Assembly (NCBI GenBank): GCA_945878845.1
Contig: CAMCUB010000003.1
Location: 62,482-126,481, forward strand
Source: Erythrobacter sanguineus
Lineage (GTDB): Bacteria > Pseudomonadota > Alphaproteobacteria > Sphingomonadales > Sphingomonadaceae
Direction of reading: 5' to 3'
DNA length: 64,000 nucleotides
The notes beneath the pieces are model-generated. The model saw only the letters and a list, made by a program, of their open reading frames with translations, was not told where the DNA came from and did no database searches. This document shows positions 54,645 to 64,000 of the stretch, piece by piece; positions within the stretch are counted from its first letter, which is position 1; every line of letters starts with the position of its first letter. The position numbers and the translations under genes are program-made.

Positions 54645-55097
54645 TCAGACGGTCTTCTTGGCGCGGCGCGGCTTGGCCGCCACGGTCGTCCCGGGCTTGC
54701 GGCCGAGCCCGATCTTCTTGGCCAGATCGCGGCGCTTTTCGGCATAGTTGGGCGCGACCATCGGATAGTCGGCCGGCAGGCCCCACCGCGCGCGGTATTC
54801 TTCGGGGCTCATGTTGAAATTGGTGCGAAGATAGCGCTTGAGCATCTTCAGCTTCTTGCCGTCTTCAAGGCACACGATGTAATCGGGCTTGATCGAATTG
54901 CGGATCGCAACGGCCGGAAGCGGCTTGGCTTCTTCGACGACCGCCACTTCGCCCAGATTGGCAAGTGCGTTGTAGACGTTGGTGATGAGGCTGGGCACAT
55001 CGCCAACGGCGACATCATTGTTGCTGAGATGCGCCGCGACAATGTCGCTGGTCAGCGTGATAAGCGTTTCTTTCATATCGATTTCCAGATCTTGCAT
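54645..55097 (-). CDS. mucR: MucR/Ros family transcriptional regulator
   Basis: ATG at 55097 (or 55076). IVCLEDGKKLKMLKRYLRTNFNMSPEEYRARWGLPADYPMVAPNYAEKR. Confidence 0.85.
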   Translation of the reverse strand: MQDLEIDMKETLITLTSDIVAAHLSNNDVAVGDVPSLITNVYNALANLGEVAVVEEAKPLPAVAIRNSIKPDYIVCLEDGKKLKMLKRYLRTNFNMSPEEYRARWGLPADYPMVAPNYAEKRRDLAKKIGLGRKPGTTVAAKPRRAKKTV

Positions 55098-55209
55098 GAG
55101 TTCCTCACAGGCGTCTTGTCCGCTGCGCCGGATACTGCGCCATGGCGCAACAACGCAATCATGGCAACTAGGTTGCTTTGCTTGTTCACGATTTCGGGAT
55201 GAAGCGTGG

Positions 55210-55689
55210 TTACTCGATTGATCGCGCGAAAGTAATTGCATCGACCCGTTCACCGTTAACCATACGGTAATAGTTACGCCGCTCTCCGATCGGTTCGAAT
55301 CCAAACTTGAGATACAAATGGATAGCAGGATTGCCGCGCCGCATTTCGAGGAATACGCGCGCCGTTCCGCGGGTGCGGGCGATTGCGAAGAGATGTTCGA
55401 TCAGCGCTGCCCCCACCCCGCGCCGCCGCGCACCGGGCGCAACCGCGACCAGCAGCAGCTCCTCCTCGTCAAGCACGTGGCGGGTGAGGACGAAGCCGGC
55501 AGGTTCGGGAGCAGGCGCCGGGCCATCGGGGATCAGCCGGCCGGCCGCATCGACCACCAGCGCATGGGTGCTCGGCATTGCGAGGGCATCGGCGACCTGG
55601 CGGCGGTTCCAGGCCTCGCCGTATGCCGGGTCGAAGGCCGCCTCCATCACCGCCATGATCCGGTCGAGGAGGTGCGGGCAGGGCGTCAT
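55210..55689 (-). CDS. rimI: ribosomal-protein-alanine N-acetyltransferase (GNAT)
   Basis: ATG at 55689 overlaps the tsaB stop. GNAT motif RRRGVGAALIEHL. tsaB-rimI synteny. Confidence 0.8.
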   Translation of the reverse strand: MTPCPHLLDRIMAVMEAAFDPAYGEAWNRRQVADALAMPSTHALVVDAAGRLIPDGPAPAPEPAGFVLTRHVLDEEELLLVAVAPGARRRGVGAALIEHLFAIARTRGTARVFLEMRRGNPAIHLYLKFGFEPIGERRNYYRMVNGERVDAITFARSIE

Positions 55690-56312
55690 GCAGCGCCGAC
55701 CACCTTCATCGGCGTCGCGTCGGGCCCGCGGCCATAGATGGGGGCGAGCGCGGGTGTGAGGAGGGCGGGGCTGAGCAGCGTGACCGCTGCCGCATCGGGC
55801 AGCAGGTCGAGCACCTCGGCGTGCGTCCCCTCGGCGAGCAGCGCCGCGCGGTTGCCAGCGATGAGCGCCGCGGGCGGGCGGGCGCGGGCGGCTTCGGGGG
55901 TGAGCGAGGCGGTCTCGCCAAGCGGTAGGCCGTCCGCGCCGAAATCGGCCACGAACCACTCACCGTGCCCGCCATTGGTGCACACCGTGACGCCCGCGCC
56001 GAGGGCTCGCCCGGCGAGCGCCTGCGCGGCGATCAGCGCGAGGGTGGGAAAGCCCAGCACCTCGGCCCCCCAGGCAAAGCCGAGCGCGCGCGCGGTCGCA
56101 AGGCCGATCCGCACGCCGGTGAAGCTGCCGGGGCCGAGACTGACGAGGATCCGCTCTGCACGCCCTTTGTCCGGCAGTGCGGCGATCATCGGCACCAGCG
56201 CTTCGGCATGGCCGCGACCAAGGATGCGATGATCATGCGCGATTCTCGCATCGCCCTCGAAAAGGGCGATCGAACAGGCCTCGGAGGCGGTTTCGATCGC
56301 AAGCGTCCGCAT
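55686..56312 (-). CDS. tsaB: tRNA t6A37 biosynthesis protein TsaB
   Basis: MRTLAIETASEACSIAL...GPGSFTGVRIGLA. Confidence 0.85.
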   Translation of the reverse strand: MRTLAIETASEACSIALFEGDARIAHDHRILGRGHAEALVPMIAALPDKGRAERILVSLGPGSFTGVRIGLATARALGFAWGAEVLGFPTLALIAAQALAGRALGAGVTVCTNGGHGEWFVADFGADGLPLGETASLTPEAARARPPAALIAGNRAALLAEGTHAEVLDLLPDAAAVTLLSPALLTPALAPIYGRGPDATPMKVVGAA

Positions 56313-56361
56313 CGGCCAGCCCCTGCCTCAGCGCAGGAGCGTGCGCAAGCGGGGATGCGCG

Positions 56362-56970
56362 TCAGGCGATGCGGTTGAAGGTGGCGAAGTCGGGGCGGGG
56401 CGAGCGCGCGAAGATGCTCGCCGGGTCGCCATAGCCGACCGAGCAGATGAAATTGACCCGGTGGCGGGGTTCATCGGCGAAGAAGGCGGCATTGACGGCT
56501 GCCGGATCGAAGCCCGACATCGGCCCGCAATCGAGCCCCAGCGCGCGTGCGGCGAGCATCAGATAGGCGCCTTGCAGCGAGGAGTTGCGGAAGGCCCCTT
56601 CCTCGCGGCCCGCCTCGTTGCCCTCGAACCAGTTCTTGGCGTCGGTGTGGGGGAACAGCCAGGGCAGTTCCTCGTGGAAATCGATGTCGTAGCCGATCAC
56701 CGCGGTCACCGGGGCGGCGGCGACTTTGGCCTTGTTGCCCTCGGAGACGCATTCGAGCAGCTTCGCCTTGGCCTCTGCCGACTTGACCCACACGATCCGC
56801 GCCGGCTGCATGTTGGCCGAGGTCGGCGCCATCTTCACGAGATCCCAGATCGCGTGAAGATGTTCGTCGCTGACTGGCTTGTCGAGCCAGCCATTATAGC
56901 TGCGCGCCTCGTGGAACAGCTGATCGAGCGCCTCGGGCGAGAGCGTGTGGTCGTGGAACTGCGTCGTCAT
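56362..56970 (-). CDS. RutE-like malonic semialdehyde reductase (nitroreductase family)
   Basis: ATG at 56970 (ATGA overlap with the nifU-like stop). [14 protein letters not shown]...[14 protein letters not shown]...[30 protein letters not shown]. Confidence 0.75.
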   Translation of the reverse strand: MTTQFHDHTLSPEALDQLFHEARSYNGWLDKPVSDEHLHAIWDLVKMAPTSANMQPARIVWVKSAEAKAKLLECVSEGNKAKVAAAPVTAVIGYDIDFHEELPWLFPHTDAKNWFEGNEAGREEGAFRNSSLQGAYLMLAARALGLDCGPMSGFDPAAVNAAFFADEPRHRVNFICSVGYGDPASIFARSPRPDFATFNRIA

Positions 56971-57557
56971 GCGGCGCGCACCTCGGTGACTTCGGGGACA
57001 TAGTGCTTCAGCAGTCCCTCGATCCCGTGCTTCAGCGTCGCGGTGCTCGACGGGCAGCCCGCGCACGAGCCCTGCAAGGTGAGGTAGACCACCCCGTCGC
57101 GGAAGCCGCGATAGGCGATGTTGCCCCCGTCTCCGGCGACCGCGGGGCGCACGCGGGTTTCGAGCAGCTCGTTGATCGCGGCGATCACCTCGGCGTCCTC
57201 GGCACGTTCCTCGACGGCGAGATCATCCTCGGGCGCGGGGACGGCGATGCCGTTCGCGGTAGCCGGGGTGAAGAGCGGGGCCTCGGAGACGAAATGGTCG
57301 AGCAGTATCGCGATCACTTGCGGCCGCAAGGCGCTCCAGTCGGCGCCAGGCGCCGCGGTGACGGACACGAAGTCCGCGCCAAAGAACACGTTCACCACCT
57401 CGCCCGTGTCGAAGATTGCGCTTGCGAGCGGGCTCGCCTCGGCAGCTTCGGGGGTGGCGAATTCGCGGCTGCCTGCGGCCATGACGGTCTGTCCGGGCAG
57501 GAACTTCAGGGCCGCAGGGTTGGGGGTGGTTTCGGTCTCGATGAACATGACTTCCAT
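56967..57557 (-). CDS. NifU/Nfu family Fe-S cluster protein
   Basis: Nfu N-domain ([19 protein letters not shown]) and NifU C-domain (CAGCPSS). Start is at 57557 or 57548. Confidence 0.85.
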   Translation of the reverse strand: MEVMFIETETTPNPAALKFLPGQTVMAAGSREFATPEAAEASPLASAIFDTGEVVNVFFGADFVSVTAAPGADWSALRPQVIAILLDHFVSEAPLFTPATANGIAVPAPEDDLAVEERAEDAEVIAAINELLETRVRPAVAGDGGNIAYRGFRDGVVYLTLQGSCAGCPSSTATLKHGIEGLLKHYVPEVTEVRAA

Positions 57558-57674
57558 CTAGGGTGCGCCAGCGCGAGGGGCAAGGGCAAGTCCCGGGTGC
57601 GGGGCGCAGTGCGCGCGCAAATCGCGAAAAGCATTCACTATCGCTTCAGACTTTGCCGCCTTATAGTCTGGCCC

Positions 57675-60600
57675 ATGACGTCCTATTCCCGCGCCTCGCG
57701 CGTGCTCGCCCTCGTTCTTGCCCCGCTGGTCGCGCTGCAGCCATTGCTTGCCGATGAGGCGGCGGCGCCCGCGCCTGACAAGAACAACAAGCGGGTCGTC
57801 AACACGCCGCATGGCACGACCCAGACCCCGGGCCCGGCCGCGCTTCCGGCTCCCGTCGCCCCTCCGGTGCCCGCACCGCAGGCGTTGCAGACCGGCAGCA
57901 CGGTGCCGTGGCTCTACAAGGGCTCGGACATTCCGGTCGATGACCAGTGGCTGTTCGGCGAGATGAAGAACGGGCTGCGCTATGCGGTGCGCCGCAACGG
58001 CGTGCCGCCGCGCCAGATTTCGATCCGGGTGCGGGTCGATGCAGGCTCGCTGCACGAGATGGACAGCGAACAGGGCTTTGCCCACCTGCTAGAACACCTG
58101 CTGTTCCGTGAGAGCAAGTATCTCGGCAAGGCCGAGGCGATCTCGGCCTGGCAGCGGCTTGGGGCGACCTTCGGCAATGACACCAATGCCGAGACCACGC
58201 CCACCCACACCGCCTACAAGCTCGACATCCCGAACATCGACGCCGCCAAGTTGGCCGAAAGCTTCAAGCTGCTCTCGGGCATGATCCGCGAGCCGGTTTT
58301 GTCCGACGGCAATGTCGGGGCCGAGCGTCCGATCGTGCTCGCCGAAAAGCGCGAACGCGGCGGGGCGGCGGAGCGTACCGGCGATCTTACGCGGAAGACC
58401 TTCTTTGCCGGCCAGCGGCTCGCGGTGCGCAATCCGATCGGCACCGATGCGACGCTGAACGGTGCGGACGGGGCGGCGGTGCAGGCCTTCTACGACCGCT
58501 GGTACCGGCCCGAGAACACCGTGATCGTGGTTGCTGGCGATGCCGATCCGATGGTGCTTGCCGGGCTGGTGGAGCAATGGTTCGGCGACTGGAAGGGCAC
58601 CGGCACGCCGGGCGTTGCCCCCAATTTCGGCGATCCGGTCGCACCCAAGGGCGCTCCCAAGCCGGTCGGCGGGCTGCCCCCCATCGGCGAGCTGGCGGTC
58701 GGGGTCGAGCCCGATCTGCCGCGCAGCCTCACCTATGCGATCCTGCGCCCGTGGCGCCCCGTTCAGGACACGGTCGTCTACAATGAGGGCCTGCTGACCG
58801 ATGCGGTCGCGCAGGCGATCATAAACCGCCGGCTCGAAAGCCGCGCGCGCGGGGGCGGAAGCTTCCTCTATGCGCAGGTCCAGCAGGACGACGTCTCGCG
58901 CTCGACCGATGCGACCTTCGTGACCTTCGCGCCGCTCTCGGCCGACTGGAAGGCCGCGCTTGCCGACGTGCGCAGCGTCATCGCCGATGCGATCGCCAAC
59001 CCGCCCACGCAGGAGGAGATCGACCGCGAGGTCGCGCAGTTCGATGTCGCCTTTGCCAACGGGGTCGAACAGGAAAGCGTGCAATCGGGCAGCGACCTTG
59101 CCGACAATCTCGTCAACGCGGTCGACATCCGCGAGACTGTCGCTGCGCCCAAGGTGGTGCTGAACGTGTTCCGGAACATGAAGCCGCGCCTCACGCCGGC
59201 GGCTGTGCTCAAGCGCACCCGCGCGCTGTTCGAGGGCACGGTGACGCGCGGTGTCTATGTGACCCCTGCGGCGGGCGAGGCTGATGTGCCCGCGATCCGC
59301 ACCGCGCTCGCCAGCAAGGCTGCGGCCGACGCTTCGGCGCGGGTTGCAGGCGCCGCGATCGCCTTTGCCGACCTGCCCCCGGTGGGCGAGCCGGGCGCCA
59401 TCGCCAGCCAGACTTCGCTCGGCGTGCTCGAGGTCGAGCAGGTTGATCTCGCCAACGGCGTCAAGGCGCTGCTGTGGTCCAATGATGCCGAGCCCGGCCG
59501 CGTAACGGTGCGTGTGCGCTTCGGCGCGGGCTGGCGCGCCTTTGATGCGGGCAGCGCGGTCTATGCCGAACTCGGCGAGCAGGCGCTGGTCGGCTCGGGG
59601 CTGGGCGAACTCGGCCAGAACGAGATCGACCGGCTGGCCACGGGCCGCAAGCTCGGCTTCGATTTCGCCATCGACGATGCGGTCTTCACCTTCACCGCGC
59701 AGACCCGTTCGGAGGACGTCAACGACCAGCTCTACCTGTTCGCTGCCAAGCTCGGAATGCCGCGCTGGGACAAGGACCCGGTGCTGCGCGCCAAGGCCGG
59801 GGCGGAGCTGGCCTACAACACCTATGCCACCAGCCCCGGCGGGGTGCTCAACCGCGATCTCGAATATCTCGTGACCGGCGGTGACGGGCGCTTTGCCACT
59901 CCCGATCCGGCCGCACTCAAGGGCGCCACGCCCGAGGAATTCCGCAAGGTGTGGGAGCCGCTGCTGAAGCAGGGCCCGATCGAGGTGCTGGTGTTCGGCG
60001 AGTTCGACAAGGCCAAGGTGACCGAGCAGCTGCGCCTCACCTTCGGCGCGCTGGGCCCGCGGGATCCCGTGCCTGCCGAGATCGCCGCGCGCGTCCCCGG
60101 CTTTGCCTCTGCGGCGCCAGGGCCGACGGTCGTCACCCACCGCGGCGATGCCAACCAGGCTGCGGCCGTGGTCGCGTGGCGAAGCGGGGGCGGGACCGAG
60201 AGCTTGCGCGAAAGCCGCCAGCTCGAAATCCTCACCCAGCTGTTCAACAACCGCCTGATGGACGCCCTACGCGAACGTGCCGGGGCGAGCTATGCGCCGC
60301 AGGTGTTCTCGAGCTGGCCCGCCGATCTTGCCACCGGCGGTCGGATCACCGCGGTCGCCCAGCTCGAGCCCGCCTTCGTGCCGATGTTCTTCGCCGAGGC
60401 CGACAAGATCGCCGCTGATCTTGCCGCCAACCCGCCGACCGCCGACGAGCTTGCGCGGGTGACCGAGCCGCTCGCCCAGTTGATCCGCCGCGCGTCCACC
60501 GGCAACCAGTTCTGGCTCTATAACATCGAGGGCGCGACGCAGGATCCGTCCCGCATCGGCCTGCTGCGCTCGCTGCTGCCCGATTACTCGCAGACCACGC

Positions 60601-60749
60601 CCGCCGCGATGCAGGCGCTGGCCGCGCGCTATCTGGTGCAGGACCGCACTTTCCGGATGGCGATCATCCCCGAAGGCCAGACCCTCGCCGAGGCAGCCCC
60701 GGCAGGAGCGAGTGCGAATGCTGCGCAAGCGGGCATGACCGGTCGCTGA
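57675..60749 (+). CDS. M16 family (pitrilysin/PqqL-like) zinc metallopeptidase, secreted
   Basis: ATG at 57675 followed by a signal peptide. HxxEH motif FAHLLEHLLF. About 1024 aa with tandem M16 halves. The upstream part of ORF 57003..60749 is shadow. Confidence 0.85.
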   Translation: MTSYSRASRVLALVLAPLVALQPLLADEAAAPAPDKNNKRVVNTPHGTTQTPGPAALPAPVAPPVPAPQALQTGSTVPWLYKGSDIPVDDQWLFGEMKNGLRYAVRRNGVPPRQISIRVRVDAGSLHEMDSEQGFAHLLEHLLFRESKYLGKAEAISAWQRLGATFGNDTNAETTPTHTAYKLDIPNIDAAKLAESFKLLSGMIREPVLSDGNVGAERPIVLAEKRERGGAAERTGDLTRKTFFAGQRLAVRNPIGTDATLNGADGAAVQAFYDRWYRPENTVIVVAGDADPMVLAGLVEQWFGDWKGTGTPGVAPNFGDPVAPKGAPKPVGGLPPIGELAVGVEPDLPRSLTYAILRPWRPVQDTVVYNEGLLTDAVAQAIINRRLESRARGGGSFLYAQVQQDDVSRSTDATFVTFAPLSADWKAALADVRSVIADAIANPPTQEEIDREVAQFDVAFANGVEQESVQSGSDLADNLVNAVDIRETVAAPKVVLNVFRNMKPRLTPAAVLKRTRALFEGTVTRGVYVTPAAGEADVPAIRTALASKAAADASARVAGAAIAFADLPPVGEPGAIASQTSLGVLEVEQVDLANGVKALLWSNDAEPGRVTVRVRFGAGWRAFDAGSAVYAELGEQALVGSGLGELGQNEIDRLATGRKLGFDFAIDDAVFTFTAQTRSEDVNDQLYLFAAKLGMPRWDKDPVLRAKAGAELAYNTYATSPGGVLNRDLEYLVTGGDGRFATPDPAALKGATPEEFRKVWEPLLKQGPIEVLVFGEFDKAKVTEQLRLTFGALGPRDPVPAEIAARVPGFASAAPGPTVVTHRGDANQAAAVVAWRSGGGTESLRESRQLEILTQLFNNRLMDALRERAGASYAPQVFSSWPADLATGGRITAVAQLEPAFVPMFFAEADKIAADLAANPPTADELARVTEPLAQLIRRASTGNQFWLYNIEGATQDPSRIGLLRSLLPDYSQTTPAAMQALAARYLVQDRTFRMAIIPEGQTLAEAAPAGASANAAQAGMTGR

Positions 60750-60886
60750 TCGTTCCTGCCACTGACAGTGCGCGGGAAATAAAGTTGTGCGGCGTGGCAT
60801 TGCCGCTTTACAATTCGTGCCGCGCTCGGGTAGCGGGCGCCCCCGCGCTGTGTGACGCGCGCGTTTGAGAAGAAAGAGTTGCAACC

Positions 60887-62272
60887 GTGCCCGAGACCTG
60901 GACCCCCGAGAGCTGGAAGGCCCACGAAGCGCGCCACCTGCCGCATTACGAGGATGCGGCGGAACTGGCCGAGGCTGAAAAGACCCTCACGTCCTATCCC
61001 CCGCTGGTCTTCGCGGGTGAGGCGCGCGCGCTCAAGGCCGATCTCGCGCAGGTCGCGGGCGGCCACGGGTTCCTGCTCCAGGGAGGCGACTGCGCCGAGA
61101 GCTTCGCCGAGTTCCACCCCAACAACATCCGCGACACCTTCCGCGTGCTGCTGCAGATGGCGGTCGTCATGACCTTCGCCAGCAAGCGCCCGGTGGTGAA
61201 GGTTGGGCGGATGGCGGGCCAGTTCGCCAAGCCGCGCTCCTCGGCCACCGAGACGATCGACGGCGTTACCCTGCCGAGCTACCTCGGCGACAATATCAAC
61301 GGGATCGAGTTCGACCCCGTCAGCCGCCGCAATGATCCGGCGCGCATGGTGAAAGCCTATTCGCAGGCCGCCGCCACGCTCAACCTGCTGCGCGCCTTTG
61401 CGGGCGGGGGCTATGCCAACCTTCGGCAAGTCCACCAGTGGACGCTCGATTTCATGGGCCGCACCCCGTGGACCGAGAAGTTCAGCGAGATGGCCGACCG
61501 CATCGGCGAGGCGCTCGATTTCATGGAGGCCTGCGGGATCGATCCCAGCACTGTGCCGCAATTGAAGGGCACCAGCTTCTACACCAGCCACGAAGCGCTG
61601 CTTCTGCCCTACGAGCAGGCGATGAGCCGGCGGGATTCGCTGACCGGCGATTGGTATGCGACCAGCGCCCACATGCTGTGGATCGGCGACCGCACCCGCT
61701 TCCCGGGCTCGGCGCATATCGAATTCGCGCGCGGGATCGGCAATCCGCTCGGCATGAAGTGCGGGCCCAGCCTCGAGCCCGATGCGCTGCTGCGCCTGCT
61801 CGACGATCTGAACCCCAAGCGTGAGGCTGGACGCATCACGCTAATCAGCCGCTTCGGCCACGACAAGGTCGAAGATGGCCTCCCCAAGCTGGTGCGCGCC
61901 GTCATGCGCGAAGGGCACCCGGTGGTTTGGAGCTGCGATCCGATGCACGGCAATGTCGTGAAGTCCGACACCGGCTTCAAGACGCGCCCCTTCGATCGGA
62001 TCACGCGCGAGGTGAAGGGCTTCTTCGCCGTCCACCGCGCCGAAGGCTCGCACCCCGGCGGCATCCATATCGAGATGACCGGGCAGGACGTGACCGAATG
62101 CGTCGGCGGAGCCGTGGCGATCACCGAGGAACGCCTCGGCGACCGCTATCACACGCATTGCGACCCGCGCCTCAACGCCGAACAATCGCTCGAACTCGCC
62201 TTCCTCGTGGCCGAAATGCTCAACGAGGCGGCGGGCGGCGGGCGCGAGGCTGAAGTCAGCCACGCGGCCTGA
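60887..62272 (+). CDS. class II 3-deoxy-7-phosphoheptulonate (DAHP) synthase
   Basis: GTG start. [19 protein letters not shown]...[11 protein letters not shown]...DPMHGN motifs are typical of AroA(II). Confidence 0.9.
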   Translation: MPETWTPESWKAHEARHLPHYEDAAELAEAEKTLTSYPPLVFAGEARALKADLAQVAGGHGFLLQGGDCAESFAEFHPNNIRDTFRVLLQMAVVMTFASKRPVVKVGRMAGQFAKPRSSATETIDGVTLPSYLGDNINGIEFDPVSRRNDPARMVKAYSQAAATLNLLRAFAGGGYANLRQVHQWTLDFMGRTPWTEKFSEMADRIGEALDFMEACGIDPSTVPQLKGTSFYTSHEALLLPYEQAMSRRDSLTGDWYATSAHMLWIGDRTRFPGSAHIEFARGIGNPLGMKCGPSLEPDALLRLLDDLNPKREAGRITLISRFGHDKVEDGLPKLVRAVMREGHPVVWSCDPMHGNVVKSDTGFKTRPFDRITREVKGFFAVHRAEGSHPGGIHIEMTGQDVTECVGGAVAITEERLGDRYHTHCDPRLNAEQSLELAFLVAEMLNEAAGGGREAEVSHAA

Positions 62273-62361
62273 AACTGCTGTAATGCTGACCAGTGTGATG
62301 ATTTTGCGAAAGCCGCGCGGTTAGCAAGCGTCTTTCCTGTGTCACGGCGAAGGGGCATAAC

Positions 62362-62377
62362 CCTGTGCCGGCACAGG
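62362..62377. promoter_or_regulatory. perfect 16-bp palindrome upstream of egtB
   Basis: CCTGTGCCGGCACAGG, 20 nt upstream of the probable GTG start and 8 nt upstream of the SD GGGAGG. Confidence 0.3.
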
Positions 62378-62396
62378 CTTGGACGGGAGGCCGAAA

Positions 62397-63683
62397 GTGC
62401 AACGCAAGGAACTGCCCATTGCTGCGCAAGGCTCGCAGAGCGAAGCGCTCGCCGTCCATTTCCGCGCAACCCGCGCGCTGACCGAGGCGCTGGTCGCACC
62501 GCTCAGCGATGCCGATGCCTCGATCCAGTCGATGGAGGATGCGAGCCCGGCCAAGTGGCACCTCGCGCACACGACCTGGTTCTGGGAAACCTTCCTGCTG
62601 CGCGAACACGCGCCCGGCTATGCCCTGCACGACGAGCGCTGGCCGTTCCTGTTCAACTCCTATTACGAGGCCGAGGGCGCGCGGATTGCGCGGGGCGCGC
62701 GCGGGATGCTCTCGCGCCCGACCCTCGACGAGGTGCTGGCGTGGCGCGCCCATGTCAGCGCGGCGATGGAGCCGCTGCTCGGCGATCCTGCGCTTGGCCC
62801 CCTGATCGCGCTCGGCATCGCGCATGAAGAGCAGCACATCGAGCTGCTCATCACCGACATCAAGCACGCGCTGTTCCAGAACCCGCTGGGCCCGCCCATG
62901 TGGCCCGCTGCGGGCAAGGGGGAGGCGGCGGCTGCGACCCCGGCTGCCGCCTGCCCCGCCTGGCATGCGCACCCCGGCGGAATCGCGCTGGTCGGGCATA
63001 GTGGCGAGGGCTTCGCCTTCGACAACGAGGGGCCCCGCCACCGCGTGCTGCTCGAGCCCTTCGCGCTTGCGGGCCAGCTGGTGACCAATGGCGAATGGGC
63101 GGAATTCATCGCCGATGGCGGTTACGCCAATGCGCGCCTGTGGCTCGCCGACGGTTGGGGCTGGGTGCAGCGCGAGGGGATCCGCGCGCCGCTCTATTGG
63201 CGTGAGGATGGTGCGCAATTCACCCATCAGGGCTGGCAGGCGCGCGACCCTCATGCGCCCGTCACCCATATCTCGCATTTCGAGGCCGATGCCTTCGCCA
63301 CCTGGGCGGGCGCGCGGCTGCCGACCGAGTTCGAATGGGAAGCGATCGCGCGCGGGCAGGACGGCGCCTCGGCCGTGCCTGCGCATGATCCGGCGGGCGG
63401 CAACCAGCTCGATGGGGCGGGCCCGGTGCTGCCGACCGGCGCGCCCGGACTGTTCGGCGATTGCTGGCAGTTCACCCGCTCGGCCTATCTGCCCTATCCC
63501 GGCTTCCGCGTCGCAGATGGCGCGGTGGGCGAATACAACGGCAAGTTCATGAGCGGGCAGGTGGTGCTGCGCGGCGCAAGCTGCGCCACGGTGCGCGGCC
63601 ACTCGCGATGCTCCTACCGCAATTTCTTCTATCCCCACCAGCGCTGGCAGTTCACCGGCCTGCGCCTCGCCAAGGACGCCTGA
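62397..63683 (+). CDS. egtB: ergothioneine biosynthesis sulfoxide synthase EgtB
   Basis: GTG at 62397, 6 nt after GGGAGG (the track ORF starts at TTG 62379). DinB-like N-domain (WHLAHTTWFWE, HEEQHIELL) and FGE-sulfatase domain (GNVWEW-like CWQFT, RGASCAT). Confidence 0.85.
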   Translation: MQRKELPIAAQGSQSEALAVHFRATRALTEALVAPLSDADASIQSMEDASPAKWHLAHTTWFWETFLLREHAPGYALHDERWPFLFNSYYEAEGARIARGARGMLSRPTLDEVLAWRAHVSAAMEPLLGDPALGPLIALGIAHEEQHIELLITDIKHALFQNPLGPPMWPAAGKGEAAAATPAAACPAWHAHPGGIALVGHSGEGFAFDNEGPRHRVLLEPFALAGQLVTNGEWAEFIADGGYANARLWLADGWGWVQREGIRAPLYWREDGAQFTHQGWQARDPHAPVTHISHFEADAFATWAGARLPTEFEWEAIARGQDGASAVPAHDPAGGNQLDGAGPVLPTGAPGLFGDCWQFTRSAYLPYPGFRVADGAVGEYNGKFMSGQVVLRGASCATVRGHSRCSYRNFFYPHQRWQFTGLRLAKDA

Positions 63684-63684
63684 G

Positions 63685-64000
63685 ATGACCAAGCCGGCAG
63701 GCCTCAAGCTGGTCGAACGCGATGCGGACGGGGTCGATCTCGCCTTCCGGGCCGATGTGCTGGCGGGCCTTGCGGAAGCCCAGAAGGCGATCCCGGCGCG
63801 CTGGTTCTATGATGACGCCGGCTCGCAGTTGTTCGAGGACATCACGCAGCTCCCCGAATATTACCCGACCCGCGCTGAGACCGAAATTCTCTCGACCCGC
63901 GCGGAGGAGATCGCCGGGCTGATCGGCGAGGGGCGTGCGGTGGTGGAGTTCGGCTCGGGCTCCTCGGTCAAGACGCCGCTGCTGCTGTCGGCGTGTCGCC
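63685..64000 (+). CDS. egtD: L-histidine N-alpha-methyltransferase EgtD (5' partial, runs off the window)
   Basis: Translated by hand: MTKPAGLKLVERD...IPARWFYDDAGSQLFEDITQLPEYYPTRAETEIL...VEFGSGSSVKT. Open to the window end. Starts 2 nt after the egtB stop. Confidence 0.8.
   Translation, partial: MTKPAGLKLVERDADGVDLAFRADVLAGLAEAQKAIPARWFYDDAGSQLFEDITQLPEYYPTRAETEILSTRAEEIAGLIGEGRAVVEFGSGSSVKTPLLLSACR

Noticed and set aside
55256-55270. CtrA-box-like TTAA-N7-GTAA
   Set aside because: It has one mismatch to TTAA-N7-TTAA and lies inside the rimI coding region rather than in a promoter.
1-64000. Genomic island, prophage, defence island or CRISPR
   Set aside because: I saw no integrase, transposase, tRNA attachment site, phage structural gene, restriction/helicase-nuclease defence architecture or spaced direct-repeat array on either strand. 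The window is essentially core genome with a few small orphan inserts.

Overview
This is a GC-rich, gene-dense chromosomal segment. By eye it is about two-thirds G+C; I did not compute this. The gene content and synteny look alphaproteobacterial, probably Sphingomonadales-like, which is inference only. I support about 70 CDS, almost all core housekeeping: ada, priA, cysS, rpmF-plsX-fabH, ihfA, smc, mutY, nudC, mgtE, miaB-phoH-ybeY-corC, plsC-fur-mucR-rimI-tsaB, class II DAHP synthase and egtB-egtD. I found no rRNA, tRNA, CRISPR array, integrase or transposase. Many long ORFs in the track are antisense or alternative-frame shadows typical of GC-rich DNA, or 5' extensions of real genes; I trimmed starts using signal peptides, SD motifs and known N-termini. 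rpmF (24997..25173) and a 53-aa ORF (52800..52961) fall below the track's length cutoff. I did not find a clear-cut new multi-gene system. The observations most worth a second look are: (1) a 15/16 match to the ParB-binding parS consensus at the DUF1203/ada junction, where the single mismatched base also removes the DUF1203 stop codon and is silent in ada; (2) a stand-alone CI/PrtR-like S24 repressor divergent from a translationally coupled pair of unknown genes, with a repeat-rich operator region and no prophage around it; (3) two families of hairpin or MITE-like intergenic repeats; (4) lower-GC orphan genes wedged into the widely conserved miaB-phoH-ybeY-corC block; (5) several strong palindromes in 5' regions and one candidate structured RNA. 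All function calls rest on motifs I recognise in the translations. No database search was run.
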